Assembly (NCBI GenBank): GCA_003135555.1
Contig: PLCF01000085.1
Span: forward strand, 160,164 to 224,163
From: Vulcanimicrobiota bacterium
Lineage (GTDB): Bacteria > Vulcanimicrobiota > Vulcanimicrobiia > Vulcanimicrobiales > Vulcanimicrobiaceae
Direction of reading: 5' to 3'
Length of the DNA stretch: 64,000 nucleotides
Below are positions 1 through 9,569 of this stretch, piece by piece (the stretch's first letter is position 1; each line of letters begins with the position of its first letter). Below the pieces are notes generated by a model. That model had not been told where the DNA came from, did not search any database, and saw nothing but the letters and a program-made list of their open reading frames with translations. The translations under genes were made by a program, and so were the position numbers.

Positions 1-1
1 C

Positions 2-889
2 CCCGAGTTCTTGCGCGAGGGCTCGGCGGTCGCGGACTTCCTGCGCCCCGACCGCATCGTGCTCGGAACCGAGGACGCCGCCGCGGAACAGGTCATGCGC
101 GAGCTGTACGCGCCGCTCGAAGCGCCGATCGTGGTCACCGACGTCCGCACCGCCGAGATGATCAAGTATGCCGCGAACGCCTTCTTGGCGACGAAGATCT
201 CGTTCATCAACGAGATCGCCAACATCTGCGAGCTGCTCGACGTCGACGTGCGCGCCGTCTGCAACGGCATCGGCTACGATCAGCGGATCGGGACGAAGTT
301 CCTCAATCCGGGGATCGGCTACGGCGGCTCGTGCTTCCCCAAGGACGTGCGCGCGCTCGAGCAGTTGGCGGTGGAGCGCGACTACCAGGCGCCGCTGCTC
401 CACGCCGTCGAGCTGGTGAACCGGCGTCAGATCGAGCGCACGGTCGTGCGGCTCGAGCGCGAACTAGGCGGCTTGCGGGGCCGGGTCGTCGCCGTGCTGG
501 GCTTGGCGTTCAAACCCAACACCGACGACGTGCGCGACGCGCCGGCGCTGGCGCTCATCGCCCGGCTGCTCGACCGCGGCGCGGCGGTGCGCGCGCACGA
601 CCCGATCGCCAACGCGCTCGCGCGCGAGGCGCTCGGAACCGACGGCATCGTGTTCTGCGACGACATGTACGAGAGCGTCAGCGGCGCCGACGCGATCGTG
701 CTCGCGACGGAATGGAACGAGTTTCGGGCGCTCGACTTCGCACGCTGCGCCGCCTCGATGCGCGGATCCGTGCTCATCGACGGCCGCAACGTCTTCGATC
801 CCGACAAAGTGCGCGCCGCCGGGCTACGCTATCTGGGGATCGGCCGCGTGAAGCTCCCCGATCAGCTCGACGCAGCCGAGCGAAAGTAG
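2..889 (+). CDS. ugd: UDP-glucose 6-dehydrogenase (5' truncated by window edge)
   Basis: PEFLREG, EMIKYAANAFLA, catalytic-Cys motif GYGGSCFPKD, GLAFKPNTDDVR. Confidence 0.93.
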   Translation, partial: PEFLREGSAVADFLRPDRIVLGTEDAAAEQVMRELYAPLEAPIVVTDVRTAEMIKYAANAFLATKISFINEIANICELLDVDVRAVCNGIGYDQRIGTKFLNPGIGYGGSCFPKDVRALEQLAVERDYQAPLLHAVELVNRRQIERTVVRLERELGGLRGRVVAVLGLAFKPNTDDVRDAPALALIARLLDRGAAVRAHDPIANALAREALGTDGIVFCDDMYESVSGADAIVLATEWNEFRALDFARCAASMRGSVLIDGRNVFDPDKVRAAGLRYLGIGRVKLPDQLDAAERK

Positions 890-1824
890 TCCAGCGTGCG
901 CTCGAGCCCGGTCTCGAGCGTGGTCCACGGCTCCCATCCCAGCAGTTCGCGCGCCAGGCTGATGTCGGGCCGCCGCCGGACCGGGTCGTCGGCGGGCAGC
1001 GGGCGTGCTTCGATGCGCAGGTCGACTCGCGCCAGGCGCGCCGTGACCTCGGCCAGCCGGCGGACCGTGTACTCGTCGGGATTGCCGAGGTTGATCACGC
1101 GCCCGCCCAGCCCCGCCCGCGTCGCGAAGCGCACGATGCCGTCGACGAGATCGTCGACGAAGCAGAAGCTGCGTGTCTGGGAGCCGTCGCCGTACACGGT
1201 CAGCGCGCGGCCCCGCAACGCGGCGACGCAGAAGTTCGGGATGACGCGGCCGTCGGCGGGGTCCATGCGCGGACCGTAGGTGTTGAAGATGCGCGCGACC
1301 CGCCCGTCGATGCCGAGCTTGCGAACGGCCGTGGTAACGTAGGCCTCGCCGTAGCGTTTGGACTCGTCGTAGCACGAGCGCATCCCGACCGGGTTGACGT
1401 GGCCCCAGTACGTCTCGCGCTGCGGGTGCTCGAGCGCGTCGCCGTAGCTCTCGCTCGTCGACGCGTACAGCAACGTCGCGGCGTTGCGGGTGGCGAAGGC
1501 GACCGCGTGCATCGTGCCGGCCGCGTTGACGGCCAGGGTTTCGAGCGCGAGGCGCTCGTAGTGCACCGGGCTCGCGGGCGAGGCGAAGTGCAGCACCAGC
1601 TGCGGGCGCTGCGCTCCTTCGAGCTGTTCGCCCCACGCGTCCCACGGTTGCGCGACGTCGGCCTCGACGAAGCGGAATCGCGCGCTCGCCTCCGCGTCGC
1701 GCAGGTTGCGGCGGTCGCCGGTGGCGAGGTTGTCGACGCCGACGACCTCCCAGCCGTCTTGCAACAGCCGGTCGCACAGATGCGAACCGATGAATCCGGC
1801 GGCTCCGGTGATGCAGGCCAGCAC
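862..1824 (-). CDS. UDP-glucuronate decarboxylase-like SDR (UDP-xylose synthase family)
   Basis: GAAGFIGSH, HFASPASP, STSESYG, RSCYDESKR, RIFNTYGP, QTRSFCFVDD. GTG start at 1824 chosen after a GAAGG RBS. Confidence 0.88.
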   Translation of the reverse strand: MLACITGAAGFIGSHLCDRLLQDGWEVVGVDNLATGDRRNLRDAEASARFRFVEADVAQPWDAWGEQLEGAQRPQLVLHFASPASPVHYERLALETLAVNAAGTMHAVAFATRNAATLLYASTSESYGDALEHPQRETYWGHVNPVGMRSCYDESKRYGEAYVTTAVRKLGIDGRVARIFNTYGPRMDPADGRVIPNFCVAALRGRALTVYGDGSQTRSFCFVDDLVDGIVRFATRAGLGGRVINLGNPDEYTVRRLAEVTARLARVDLRIEARPLPADDPVRRRPDISLARELLGWEPWTTLETGLERTLDYFRSAASS

Positions 1825-1861
1825 CGCTGCGCCTTCGGTAGCTCGCGCGGCGCTGCCCGCC

Positions 1862-3745
1862 TCAGCGGCGGCGGTAGCGGGTGAAGGTGACGCCGTCGAG
1901 GACGTACGCACCGGGCGGCGCGACCAGCGTCAGATCGCGCACCGCCGTCACCGGGTGGCGCGCCAAGAAACGTCCGGCTTCGGCATCGTCGCGCGGGAAC
2001 GCCGAGACGACGACGCCGTCGGGCAGCGTCGCCGGCACGCTGCGCCACCTGCCCGTCGAACCGTCGGCGAAGCGCACCGCGACGAACGTCTCCGGCGCGC
2101 GCCACAGCAGCGTGCGCAGTTTCGTAGCCCAGGTCGGGCGCAGGGCGAACGCGGCGGCGACGAAGGCGTCGGGCGACCCGGCCGGCGGGATCGCGATCGG
2201 AGCGTTGAGCGCCGGCGCGGTCGCGCCCCCCGCCGGTTCGGCGTCGCAATGCGCCGCGGGCTCGCGGCGCAGCAGCACGTAGCTGTCGCCGCCGGCCGTC
2301 GTCACCTGCGGCAGCGCGACCGCGTAGCGGCATAACAGCTCGGTCGTCGTCGCGGGCGCCTCGCCGAACGGATAGCGCCCGTCGATCGCCAGATAGCGGT
2401 ACAGCACGTACGCGGCGCCGTGCTCCACGAGCGCGTCGCGATTGAGCCCGTCGAGCCACGGCGTGTAGGCGCTGTAGGCTTGGAAGACCGGCAACGGGTC
2501 CCAGCGCAGTCCGCCTTCGCGCACGATCGCGGTCTCCCACGGCAGCACGTCGACCGTCGCCGTGCCCAGGCGCGCCGCGACGCCGGGCGGGAGCCGGTCC
2601 GGCCCCAACGCGGCGTCGAGGGCGGCGGCGAGGCGGGCCGTCGTGATCCGCGGATGCAGGGCGTAGGCCGCGCCGTGCCGGACGCGCGCCGGTTCGAAGA
2701 ACGCTGGAATCTCGTGCCAGACCCGGGATTGCGCCCACAGGAGCGCGCCCAGCGCCAGCGCGGTCGCAGCGACCCCGGCCGGCGCTGCGCGGCCGCGGCG
2801 CAGCACCGTCCCGAGCAGCGGTACGACCGCGGCCGCCGTCATGAAGAAGTAGAGAATGTGGCCGTCCTGCCGGACGAAGCCGTGCTTCCAGGCCAAAAAC
2901 GTCACCACCACGGCGAGCAGCGCTTGCGCGGGCTTGCGTTCACGGACGGCGGCGCCGGCGAGGACGGCGATCGCCGCCGCAACGAGCAGCGCGACCGCGA
3001 TCTCGATGCGTGGCCCCCGCAGCACCATGCCGGCCGAGTAGCCGCCGGATATCTCGGCAGCGCCGCGCAGGTACGCGCCCAGGGCGGAGGGCGCGAACCC
3101 GAAGGCGGCGGCCAGCCCGAGGGCGGTGATCCCGTAGGCCAGGGCGGCCGCGAACAGGGCGCCGCGGCGCCGGCGCCGCGGCCCGCGCAGCACGGCGACC
3201 ACCCACACCGCGGTCCCCGCCGCGAGCACGTCGAGGCCCAGGGTGAACTTCGAGAGGGCGCCGATCACGCCGACCACCCCGACCGCCGCGCCGACGAACG
3301 GCGCCAGGCGCGGATGGCGGCCGGCCCGCATCAGCAGCGCGACGACGCCGATTGTGGCGACGTAGTCGACGGTGACGTTCGTGGCGACGAACACCACGAT
3401 TGCCACCAGCGCCACCTTGAGCAGCGCCTTGCCGCGTCCCGCGACGACCGTCCAGAGCCCGGCCACCGCGACCCCGGCGAGCACCACGTTCACCAGCAGC
3501 GCCGTCCCGGCCAAGGCGGGATCGGGGACGCCTTGGAGTGCGAAGCCGAGCGGCCCGAACGTGAACACGATGTCCTGCCCGAAGCGCAGCCCGTGCTCGG
3601 CGGCCAAGGTGAGACCGACGCGCCACGACTCGTCGAGCCCGGGTCCGATCACCGCCGGCGGCCGCAGCAGCGACAACCCCCACGCCGTCGCGAGCAGCGC
3701 GCCGAAAGCTGCACCGGTGAGCCGTAGCGGGCGGGGCGCGATCAC
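1862..3745 (-). CDS. Polytopic membrane protein, putative GT-C-type glycosyltransferase
   Basis: About 10 hydrophobic segments, acidic first loop GLDESW...FGQDIVFTFGPLG, soluble C-terminal region (PVFQAYSAYTP). Function inferred from topology and context. Confidence 0.6.
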   Translation of the reverse strand: MIAPRPLRLTGAAFGALLATAWGLSLLRPPAVIGPGLDESWRVGLTLAAEHGLRFGQDIVFTFGPLGFALQGVPDPALAGTALLVNVVLAGVAVAGLWTVVAGRGKALLKVALVAIVVFVATNVTVDYVATIGVVALLMRAGRHPRLAPFVGAAVGVVGVIGALSKFTLGLDVLAAGTAVWVVAVLRGPRRRRRGALFAAALAYGITALGLAAAFGFAPSALGAYLRGAAEISGGYSAGMVLRGPRIEIAVALLVAAAIAVLAGAAVRERKPAQALLAVVVTFLAWKHGFVRQDGHILYFFMTAAAVVPLLGTVLRRGRAAPAGVAATALALGALLWAQSRVWHEIPAFFEPARVRHGAAYALHPRITTARLAAALDAALGPDRLPPGVAARLGTATVDVLPWETAIVREGGLRWDPLPVFQAYSAYTPWLDGLNRDALVEHGAAYVLYRYLAIDGRYPFGEAPATTTELLCRYAVALPQVTTAGGDSYVLLRREPAAHCDAEPAGGATAPALNAPIAIPPAGSPDAFVAAAFALRPTWATKLRTLLWRAPETFVAVRFADGSTGRWRSVPATLPDGVVVSAFPRDDAEAGRFLARHPVTAVRDLTLVAPPGAYVLDGVTFTRYRRR

Positions 3746-3830
3746 CGCGTCGGCGGTTCGCGCAGGCGACCGGCGACCCTTCGCGCGGGAGGATTCGACC
3801 GCGCCGCCCGACTACGGCGCACCGAGGACC

Positions 3831-4901
3831 ATGCCGTCAACCATACTCGTCGCCGGCGGGGCCGGCTTCGTCGGCTCCAACCTGGCGCTGCGCCTGCGAG
3901 ACCGCTACCCCGAGGCGCGCGTCCTCGCCGTCGACAGCCTCAAGCGGCGCGGCTCGGAGTGGAACGTGCCACGCCTCGCCGCGGCGGGCGTCGAGTTCCG
4001 CCACGCCGACATCCGGCGGCCTGACGACCTCGTCTTTCCGGGGCTGCGTTTCGACCTGCTCGTCGATTGCTCGGCCGAACCGGCGGTGCTCGCGGCGTAC
4101 GAAACCGGCCCGCCGGCGGTGATCGACACCAACCTCAACGGCACCGTCAACCTGCTCGAAGTCGCGCGCCGGGACGGCGCCGACGTGGTCTTCCTGTCGA
4201 CGAGCCGCGTGTATCCGATCGATTCCCTCGACGCGATCGCCGTCGAGGAGGGGACGACGCGCTTCGCGATCGCCCCGGTCCAGACGCTGCCCGGCGTCGG
4301 GCCGGCGGGGATCGGCGAGGACTTTCCGCTCGCGGGCGCGCGCTCGCTCTACGGTGCGACAAAACTCGCTTGCGAGCTGCTCTTGACGGAGTACGCCGCG
4401 ATGTACGGCCTGCGCACGATCGTGAACCGCTGCGGCGTCATCACCGGACCGTGGCAGATGGGCAAGGTCGACCAAGGCGTGTTCGCGTTGTGGATGGCGC
4501 ACCACTATTTCAACCGACCGCTCGCGTACATTGGCTACGGTGGCACCGGGAAGCAAGTGCGTGATCTGGTCGCGATCGGGGAACTATGCGACGTGGTGCT
4601 GCGCCAGATCGACGGGATCGCCACACTCCCGCGCCGCGCCTACAACGTCGGCGGCGGGCTCGCATCGAGCTTGTCGCTCGCCGAGGCGACCGCCCTGTGC
4701 GAGGAGATCACGGGGAACCGGGTGGAGATCGCGCGCGTACCGGAGAACCGTCCCTCGGACGTTCGCCTCTACATTACCGACAACGCGCGCGTCGCAGCGG
4801 CCACCGAGTGGTCCCCGCACGCGTCGCCGCGTGAGACGCTCGTCGCTATCTTCGACTGGATCCGCGAGAACGAACGTCTCGTGGCCCCGCTCTGGTCCTG
4901 A
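3831..4901 (+). CDS. NAD-dependent epimerase (CDP-paratose 2-epimerase-like)
   Basis: GGAGFVG, STSRVY, YGATK, GKVDQG, GKQVRD; ATG at 3831. Confidence 0.8.
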   Translation: MPSTILVAGGAGFVGSNLALRLRDRYPEARVLAVDSLKRRGSEWNVPRLAAAGVEFRHADIRRPDDLVFPGLRFDLLVDCSAEPAVLAAYETGPPAVIDTNLNGTVNLLEVARRDGADVVFLSTSRVYPIDSLDAIAVEEGTTRFAIAPVQTLPGVGPAGIGEDFPLAGARSLYGATKLACELLLTEYAAMYGLRTIVNRCGVITGPWQMGKVDQGVFALWMAHHYFNRPLAYIGYGGTGKQVRDLVAIGELCDVVLRQIDGIATLPRRAYNVGGGLASSLSLAEATALCEEITGNRVEIARVPENRPSDVRLYITDNARVAAATEWSPHASPRETLVAIFDWIRENERLVAPLWS

Positions 4902-4950
4902 CCAACTCGCCGCAAGGAGCTCTCCGATCTCGTCTTTCGCCATACTCGGG

Positions 4951-5739
4951 ATGTCGCTGGAACAATCGCAGCGCCGCCGCGTTTTCGAGCTGATCCGAAT
5001 TTCTGCGTTGCGCTCGCTCAAGGTCCGCTACCGGGGCAGCGCGCTGGGCGTGTTGTGGTCGCTGACCAATCCGGTGATGCTCACCGCGGTATACACCGCG
5101 ATCTTCGGCACTGCATTTAGCCAGTATTACGGCGGCTCGGTCGCTCGCTACGTCGTCTCCGCGTTCGTCGGGCTCGCCGTCGTGACGTTCTTCCTCAACG
5201 CGACCAATGAAGCGTTGACGAGCGTGGTTTCCAACGGCTCGCTGATGAACAAGATCGCGATCCCGCCGGCCATCTTCCCGCTCGCGGCGATCGCCGCAAA
5301 CTTGTTCCAGCAGGCGGTCACCGCGTTTCCGATCGTCTTGCTGCTCTCGATCCTGCTTGCTCACGATCCCGTGCGTGCACTCCTGGTCCCCGTCGTGCTA
5401 TTCGCGATCATGCTGCTCTGTACGGGCTTCGGGCTGGCGCTTTCGGCGCTCTTCGTGTTCTTCCGCGACCTGCCGTACCTTTGGCAGATCGTTGGGTTCA
5501 TCATGTGGATGACGAGTCCACTGTTCTACCCGATCGAGGTCGCGTCGCCGAGCGTGCGGCGCTGGTTCGCACTCAACCCTATCGCCCAGGATATGAGCGC
5601 GCTACGTGAGGTCGTCTATGGACAGGGACCGATCAACTTCCACTATATTTGGCTCGGCCTGGTCGTCGGCTTCGTCGCGCTGATTCTCGGAACCGTGTTC
5701 TTCCGCGCCACGCAAGCCGAGTTCATGGATCTTCTGTGA
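4951..5739 (+). CDS. wzm: Polysaccharide ABC transporter permease
   Basis: VRYRGSALGVLWSLTNP, FFRDLPYL, TSPLFYP, LNP; about 6 TM segments; overlaps the downstream ATPase. Confidence 0.92.
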   Translation: MSLEQSQRRRVFELIRISALRSLKVRYRGSALGVLWSLTNPVMLTAVYTAIFGTAFSQYYGGSVARYVVSAFVGLAVVTFFLNATNEALTSVVSNGSLMNKIAIPPAIFPLAAIAANLFQQAVTAFPIVLLLSILLAHDPVRALLVPVVLFAIMLLCTGFGLALSALFVFFRDLPYLWQIVGFIMWMTSPLFYPIEVASPSVRRWFALNPIAQDMSALREVVYGQGPINFHYIWLGLVVGFVALILGTVFFRATQAEFMDLL

Positions 5740-6722
5740 CGCGGGCAGCGATCGACCTCCGCGACGTCACGCTCATCCGGCGCACTCAGGAGGAGCTGCA
5801 CTACGACCTCAAGCGCACCCTGCTCGACTTGGCGGGTGGACGCGTGCGCAAAGTGCGTCGTCAACAGGTCCTCGACGGAGTTTCGCTCCGAGTGGGTCAC
5901 GGCGAGAAGGTTGGGTTGATCGGTCCGAACGGTAGCGGGAAGTCGACGCTGCTCAAAGTCATCGCCGGTGTGTTGCGCCCGACTCAGGGCAGCATGACTG
6001 TCGAAGGGACTTTGGCTCCCCTCATCGAGCTAGGCGTCGGTTTCGACCCGGAGCTGTCCCTCGTCGACAACATCGTCTACTACGGCGTGGTGCTCGGGCA
6101 CGAGGAGGCCGAGGTCCGCGAGCGCATTGAGGGGATTCTGGAGTTCGCTGAGCTAGGGCCGTTGCGCGATCAGCCGACCAAGACCCTATCCTCGGGGATG
6201 GCGGCGCGGCTCGGTTTTGCAATCGCGACCGAGTTCCGCCCCGACATTCTGCTGCTCGACGAGGTTCTGGCGGTCGGGGACGAGCGTTTCTTGCGCAAGT
6301 CGGCGGCGCGCTTGGACCGGTTCTGGGATGCGAAGTCGACGATCGTGCTCGTCTCTCACGACTTGCAGTACATCGAGCGCACCTGCGATCGCGCGATCTG
6401 GCTCGATCATGGAACCGTCCGTTTCGACGGGCACGCCGGCGAGGCGGTGCGCCAATACCTGGCTACCGTTCCGGGCGACAACGCGTTCCGGCGTGGCGAC
6501 GAACTGATCGAGCTCGCGCGGCAGAACGTACGCGGCGAGATCGTCGTGCGGGGCACGTCGCCGACGGACGAAGGTCTCAAGGTCTTTCTCATTCGCGACG
6601 GCGTTCGTCATTGGGTGACCCACCCGCGGTGGTACGCCAAATCCGGGTACACGTGGGGGGACATCATCCACGTCGACGACACCGTGATTCGGGAAGTTCC
6701 GGAGGGGGACTGGCTCTCCTGA
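5736..6722 (+). CDS. wzt: Polysaccharide ABC transporter ATP-binding protein
   Basis: Walker [10 protein letters not shown], signature LSSGMAARL, Walker B LLLDE, VSHD; GTGA overlap with wzm. Confidence 0.92.
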   Translation: MTRAAIDLRDVTLIRRTQEELHYDLKRTLLDLAGGRVRKVRRQQVLDGVSLRVGHGEKVGLIGPNGSGKSTLLKVIAGVLRPTQGSMTVEGTLAPLIELGVGFDPELSLVDNIVYYGVVLGHEEAEVRERIEGILEFAELGPLRDQPTKTLSSGMAARLGFAIATEFRPDILLLDEVLAVGDERFLRKSAARLDRFWDAKSTIVLVSHDLQYIERTCDRAIWLDHGTVRFDGHAGEAVRQYLATVPGDNAFRRGDELIELARQNVRGEIVVRGTSPTDEGLKVFLIRDGVRHWVTHPRWYAKSGYTWGDIIHVDDTVIREVPEGDWLS

Positions 6723-7813
6723 TGTCCGTCGTCGTCGTCACCGGTTCGGCCGGCCTGATCGGTTCGGAATCGGTCGCCTACTTTGCCGAGCGCGGGCACG
6801 AGGTCGTCGGGATCGACAACGACTTCCGGCGGCGCTTCTTCGGCCCCGACGCGTCGACGGAATGGAACCGGCTCTCGCTGCAGGCGCGCTTTCCCAAGCA
6901 GTATACGCACGTCGACGCCGACGTTCGCGACGCCGCAGCGATCGACGCGCTCTTCGCGCGCTTGGGCAAGCGGGTCGCACTGGTGATCCACGCGGCGGCA
7001 CAGCCATCCCACGATTGGGCGGCAACCGATCCGCACACCGACTTCACCGTCAACGCCAACGGCACGCTGTGCGTGCTCGAGGCCGCTCGCAACCACGCGC
7101 CGAGCGCCGTGTTCGTGTTCACCTCGACCAACAAGGTCTATGGCGACGCGCCCAACGAGCTCCCGCTGGTCGAGCTCGAGACGCGCTGGGAGATCGCGCG
7201 CGACCATCTGTACTGGGAGGGGATCGACGAGAACCTGCGCATCGATCGGTCGACCCACTCGATCTTCGGCGCTTCGAAAATCGCCGCCGACGTGCTGGTA
7301 CAAGAGTACGGCCGGTATTTCTCGATGCCGACCGCGGTGTTTCGCGGCGGCTGCCTCACCGGCCCCAACCATTCCGGCACCAAATTGCACGGGTTCTTGG
7401 CTTACCTCTTGAAGTGCACCGCGATCGGCAGCCCCTACACCGTGCTCGGATACAAAGGTAAGCAGGTCCGCGACAACATCCATGCGCACGATCTCGTCAC
7501 GGCGTTCGACGAAGTGTTCCGGGCACCGCGCTGCGGTGAGGTGTACAACGCCGGCGGGACGCGCCGCAGCAACTGCTCGATGCTCGAGGCGATCGCGCTG
7601 TGCGAAGACGTCGCCGGGCGCAAGCTGGACTGGACCTATACCGACACCAACCGCATCGGCGACCACATCTGGTACATCAGCGACATGGCCAAGTTCAAGG
7701 CGCACTATCCCGGTTGGAAGCAGCGCTACGACTTGCGCGGCCTGCTCGAGGAGATGTACGAGCGCAACGTCGAGCGCTGGCGGGCCGAGCGCGACGAGCA
7801 CGCCGCGGTCTAG
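6722..7813 (+). CDS. NAD-dependent epimerase (CDP-paratose/tyvelose 2-epimerase-like)
   Basis: [36 protein letters not shown]. Confidence 0.82.
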   Translation: MSVVVVTGSAGLIGSESVAYFAERGHEVVGIDNDFRRRFFGPDASTEWNRLSLQARFPKQYTHVDADVRDAAAIDALFARLGKRVALVIHAAAQPSHDWAATDPHTDFTVNANGTLCVLEAARNHAPSAVFVFTSTNKVYGDAPNELPLVELETRWEIARDHLYWEGIDENLRIDRSTHSIFGASKIAADVLVQEYGRYFSMPTAVFRGGCLTGPNHSGTKLHGFLAYLLKCTAIGSPYTVLGYKGKQVRDNIHAHDLVTAFDEVFRAPRCGEVYNAGGTRRSNCSMLEAIALCEDVAGRKLDWTYTDTNRIGDHIWYISDMAKFKAHYPGWKQRYDLRGLLEEMYERNVERWRAERDEHAAV

Positions 7814-7829
7814 TGTGCAGCACACTAGC

Positions 7830-8624
7830 ATGCTGTCGATCGTCATCCCGGCGCACAACGAGGAAGAGCACGTTGCGGACACCGTGACCCAGATCGCGCG
7901 GCGCTTGGCGGCGGAAGACGTGCCGTTCGAAATCGTCGTGGTCGACGATCATTCCGCCGATGGGACGGCCGCGGCGGTCGCCCGCGCCGCCGCCGCCTGG
8001 CCCACCGTGCGCTGCGTGCCGAACGTGCGCAGCCAGGGCTTCGGCAACGCGATCCAGACCGGGCTCGAGGCGTTTCGCGGCGATGCGGCCTGCATCGTGA
8101 TGGCCGACGCTTCGGACGATCCGGGCGATATCGTCGCCTACTGGCGCGCGATCGAGCGCGGCTACGACTGCGCCTTCGGCACCCGGTTCACGCGCGCCGC
8201 GCGCGTGGTCGAGTACCCGCTCCCCAAGCTGCTGCTCAACCGGGCCGCGAACGCCTTCATCGCCGCGTTGTTCGGGATCCGCTACAACGACGTGACCAAC
8301 GCGTTCAAGTGCTATCGCCGCGAGGTGATCGCGGGCGTCGCGCCGATCCTGTCGCACCACTTCAACATCACCGTCGAGCTGCCGCTCAAAGCGATCGTGC
8401 GCGGGTACTCTTGGACCGTGATCCCGACGAACTGGTACAACCGCAGGCACGGCGTTTCGAAGTTCCGGATCAAGGAGATGGGGAGCCGCTACCTGTTCAT
8501 CGTGCTGTACGCGCTCATCGAGAAGTGGCTCTCGCGGGGCGACTACCGCGCGCCGGCCAGGGACGGTGGGCGCCCGCCCGAAGGGACCCTGGTCGCGCCG
8601 CGCTCGAAGGGGTCGACGCCATGA
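7830..8624 (+). CDS. GT2 glycosyltransferase, polyprenol-phosphate (DPM-synthase-like) type
   Basis: SIVIPAHNEE, VDDHSADGT, MADASDD, GTRF, DVTNAFKCYR. Confidence 0.88.
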   Translation: MLSIVIPAHNEEEHVADTVTQIARRLAAEDVPFEIVVVDDHSADGTAAAVARAAAAWPTVRCVPNVRSQGFGNAIQTGLEAFRGDAACIVMADASDDPGDIVAYWRAIERGYDCAFGTRFTRAARVVEYPLPKLLLNRAANAFIAALFGIRYNDVTNAFKCYRREVIAGVAPILSHHFNITVELPLKAIVRGYSWTVIPTNWYNRRHGVSKFRIKEMGSRYLFIVLYALIEKWLSRGDYRAPARDGGRPPEGTLVAPRSKGSTP

Positions 8625-9562
8625 ATTTGCTCGCGCGCTTGCGGCGGCCCGCTGCGCCGCGATTCCGAGCCGTCGTACCGGACGTGCCCGCGCCGCCGGA
8701 GGCGCTGGCCGCGTTTCGCGCGTCGTCGTTTCCGTCGGTCGGCCCGCGCCCGTGGCTCGATCTGCCCGACGCCGCCGCCGCGATCGAACGCCGCCGCGAG
8801 CGCGGCGAGATCTCGGCGTCCGAGGCGTCGTACGCGCGGCGCTGGGTGCGCGACGGGTTCGTCGTTCTCGAGAGCTTTTTCGACGAGCGACGGCTCGACG
8901 CGGCATGGGCCGCCTACGAACGCGCGGTGGCGGACGGCGCCGTGGTTCCCGATGCCGCCCCGTCGGCCGACGAGCCGTATCCCGGTCGAACGCTCAACCC
9001 GCACTTCGTGGTAGCAGAGATCGATGCGCTGCTGCGCGACCCGGCGGTGGTCGAGGTCGTCTCGATGCTCCTCGACGCGCAGGCGATCCCGTTCCAGACG
9101 ATCATGGGTCACAAGGCCTCCGAGCAGAAGGCCCACTCGGACGCCGTCCACATGACGACCTACCCGCTGGGATATCTGGCCGCGTCGTGGCTGGCGTTCG
9201 AGGACATCGTCGCGGACTCGGGGCCGCTGGTCTACTATCCGGGCTCGCACCGCCTGCCGTATCTTTTCGCCGAAGACGTGGGGATCTCACCGCAGGAGTT
9301 CGTCGAGCGCGGCTACCAGCCGTATCACGAGCGCTACGAACCGCGCATCGACGCGCTGATCGAAGAAGCCGGGTTGCAAGCGCACTACTTCACGCCGCGC
9401 AAGGGCGACGTGTTGCTGTGGCACGGCAACTTGATCCACGGCGGATCACCGCGGGTCCGCGCCGGGACCTCGCGTCGCGCGCTAGTGTGCCACTACTTTG
9501 CGGCCGGGTGCGTCACCTATCACGACTTGGCAGCGAGCCCGTCGCACCTCCAAGCCCACTGA
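8621..9562 (+). CDS. Fe(II)/2-oxoglutarate dioxygenase, PhyH family
   Basis: HSD iron motif, WLAFEDI...GPLVYYPGSH, KGDVLLWHGNLIHGG, R(RA)LVCHY. Confidence 0.85.
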   Translation: MNLLARLRRPAAPRFRAVVPDVPAPPEALAAFRASSFPSVGPRPWLDLPDAAAAIERRRERGEISASEASYARRWVRDGFVVLESFFDERRLDAAWAAYERAVADGAVVPDAAPSADEPYPGRTLNPHFVVAEIDALLRDPAVVEVVSMLLDAQAIPFQTIMGHKASEQKAHSDAVHMTTYPLGYLAASWLAFEDIVADSGPLVYYPGSHRLPYLFAEDVGISPQEFVERGYQPYHERYEPRIDALIEEAGLQAHYFTPRKGDVLLWHGNLIHGGSPRVRAGTSRRALVCHYFAAGCVTYHDLAASPSHLQAH

Positions 9563-9569
9563 GGCGGCC

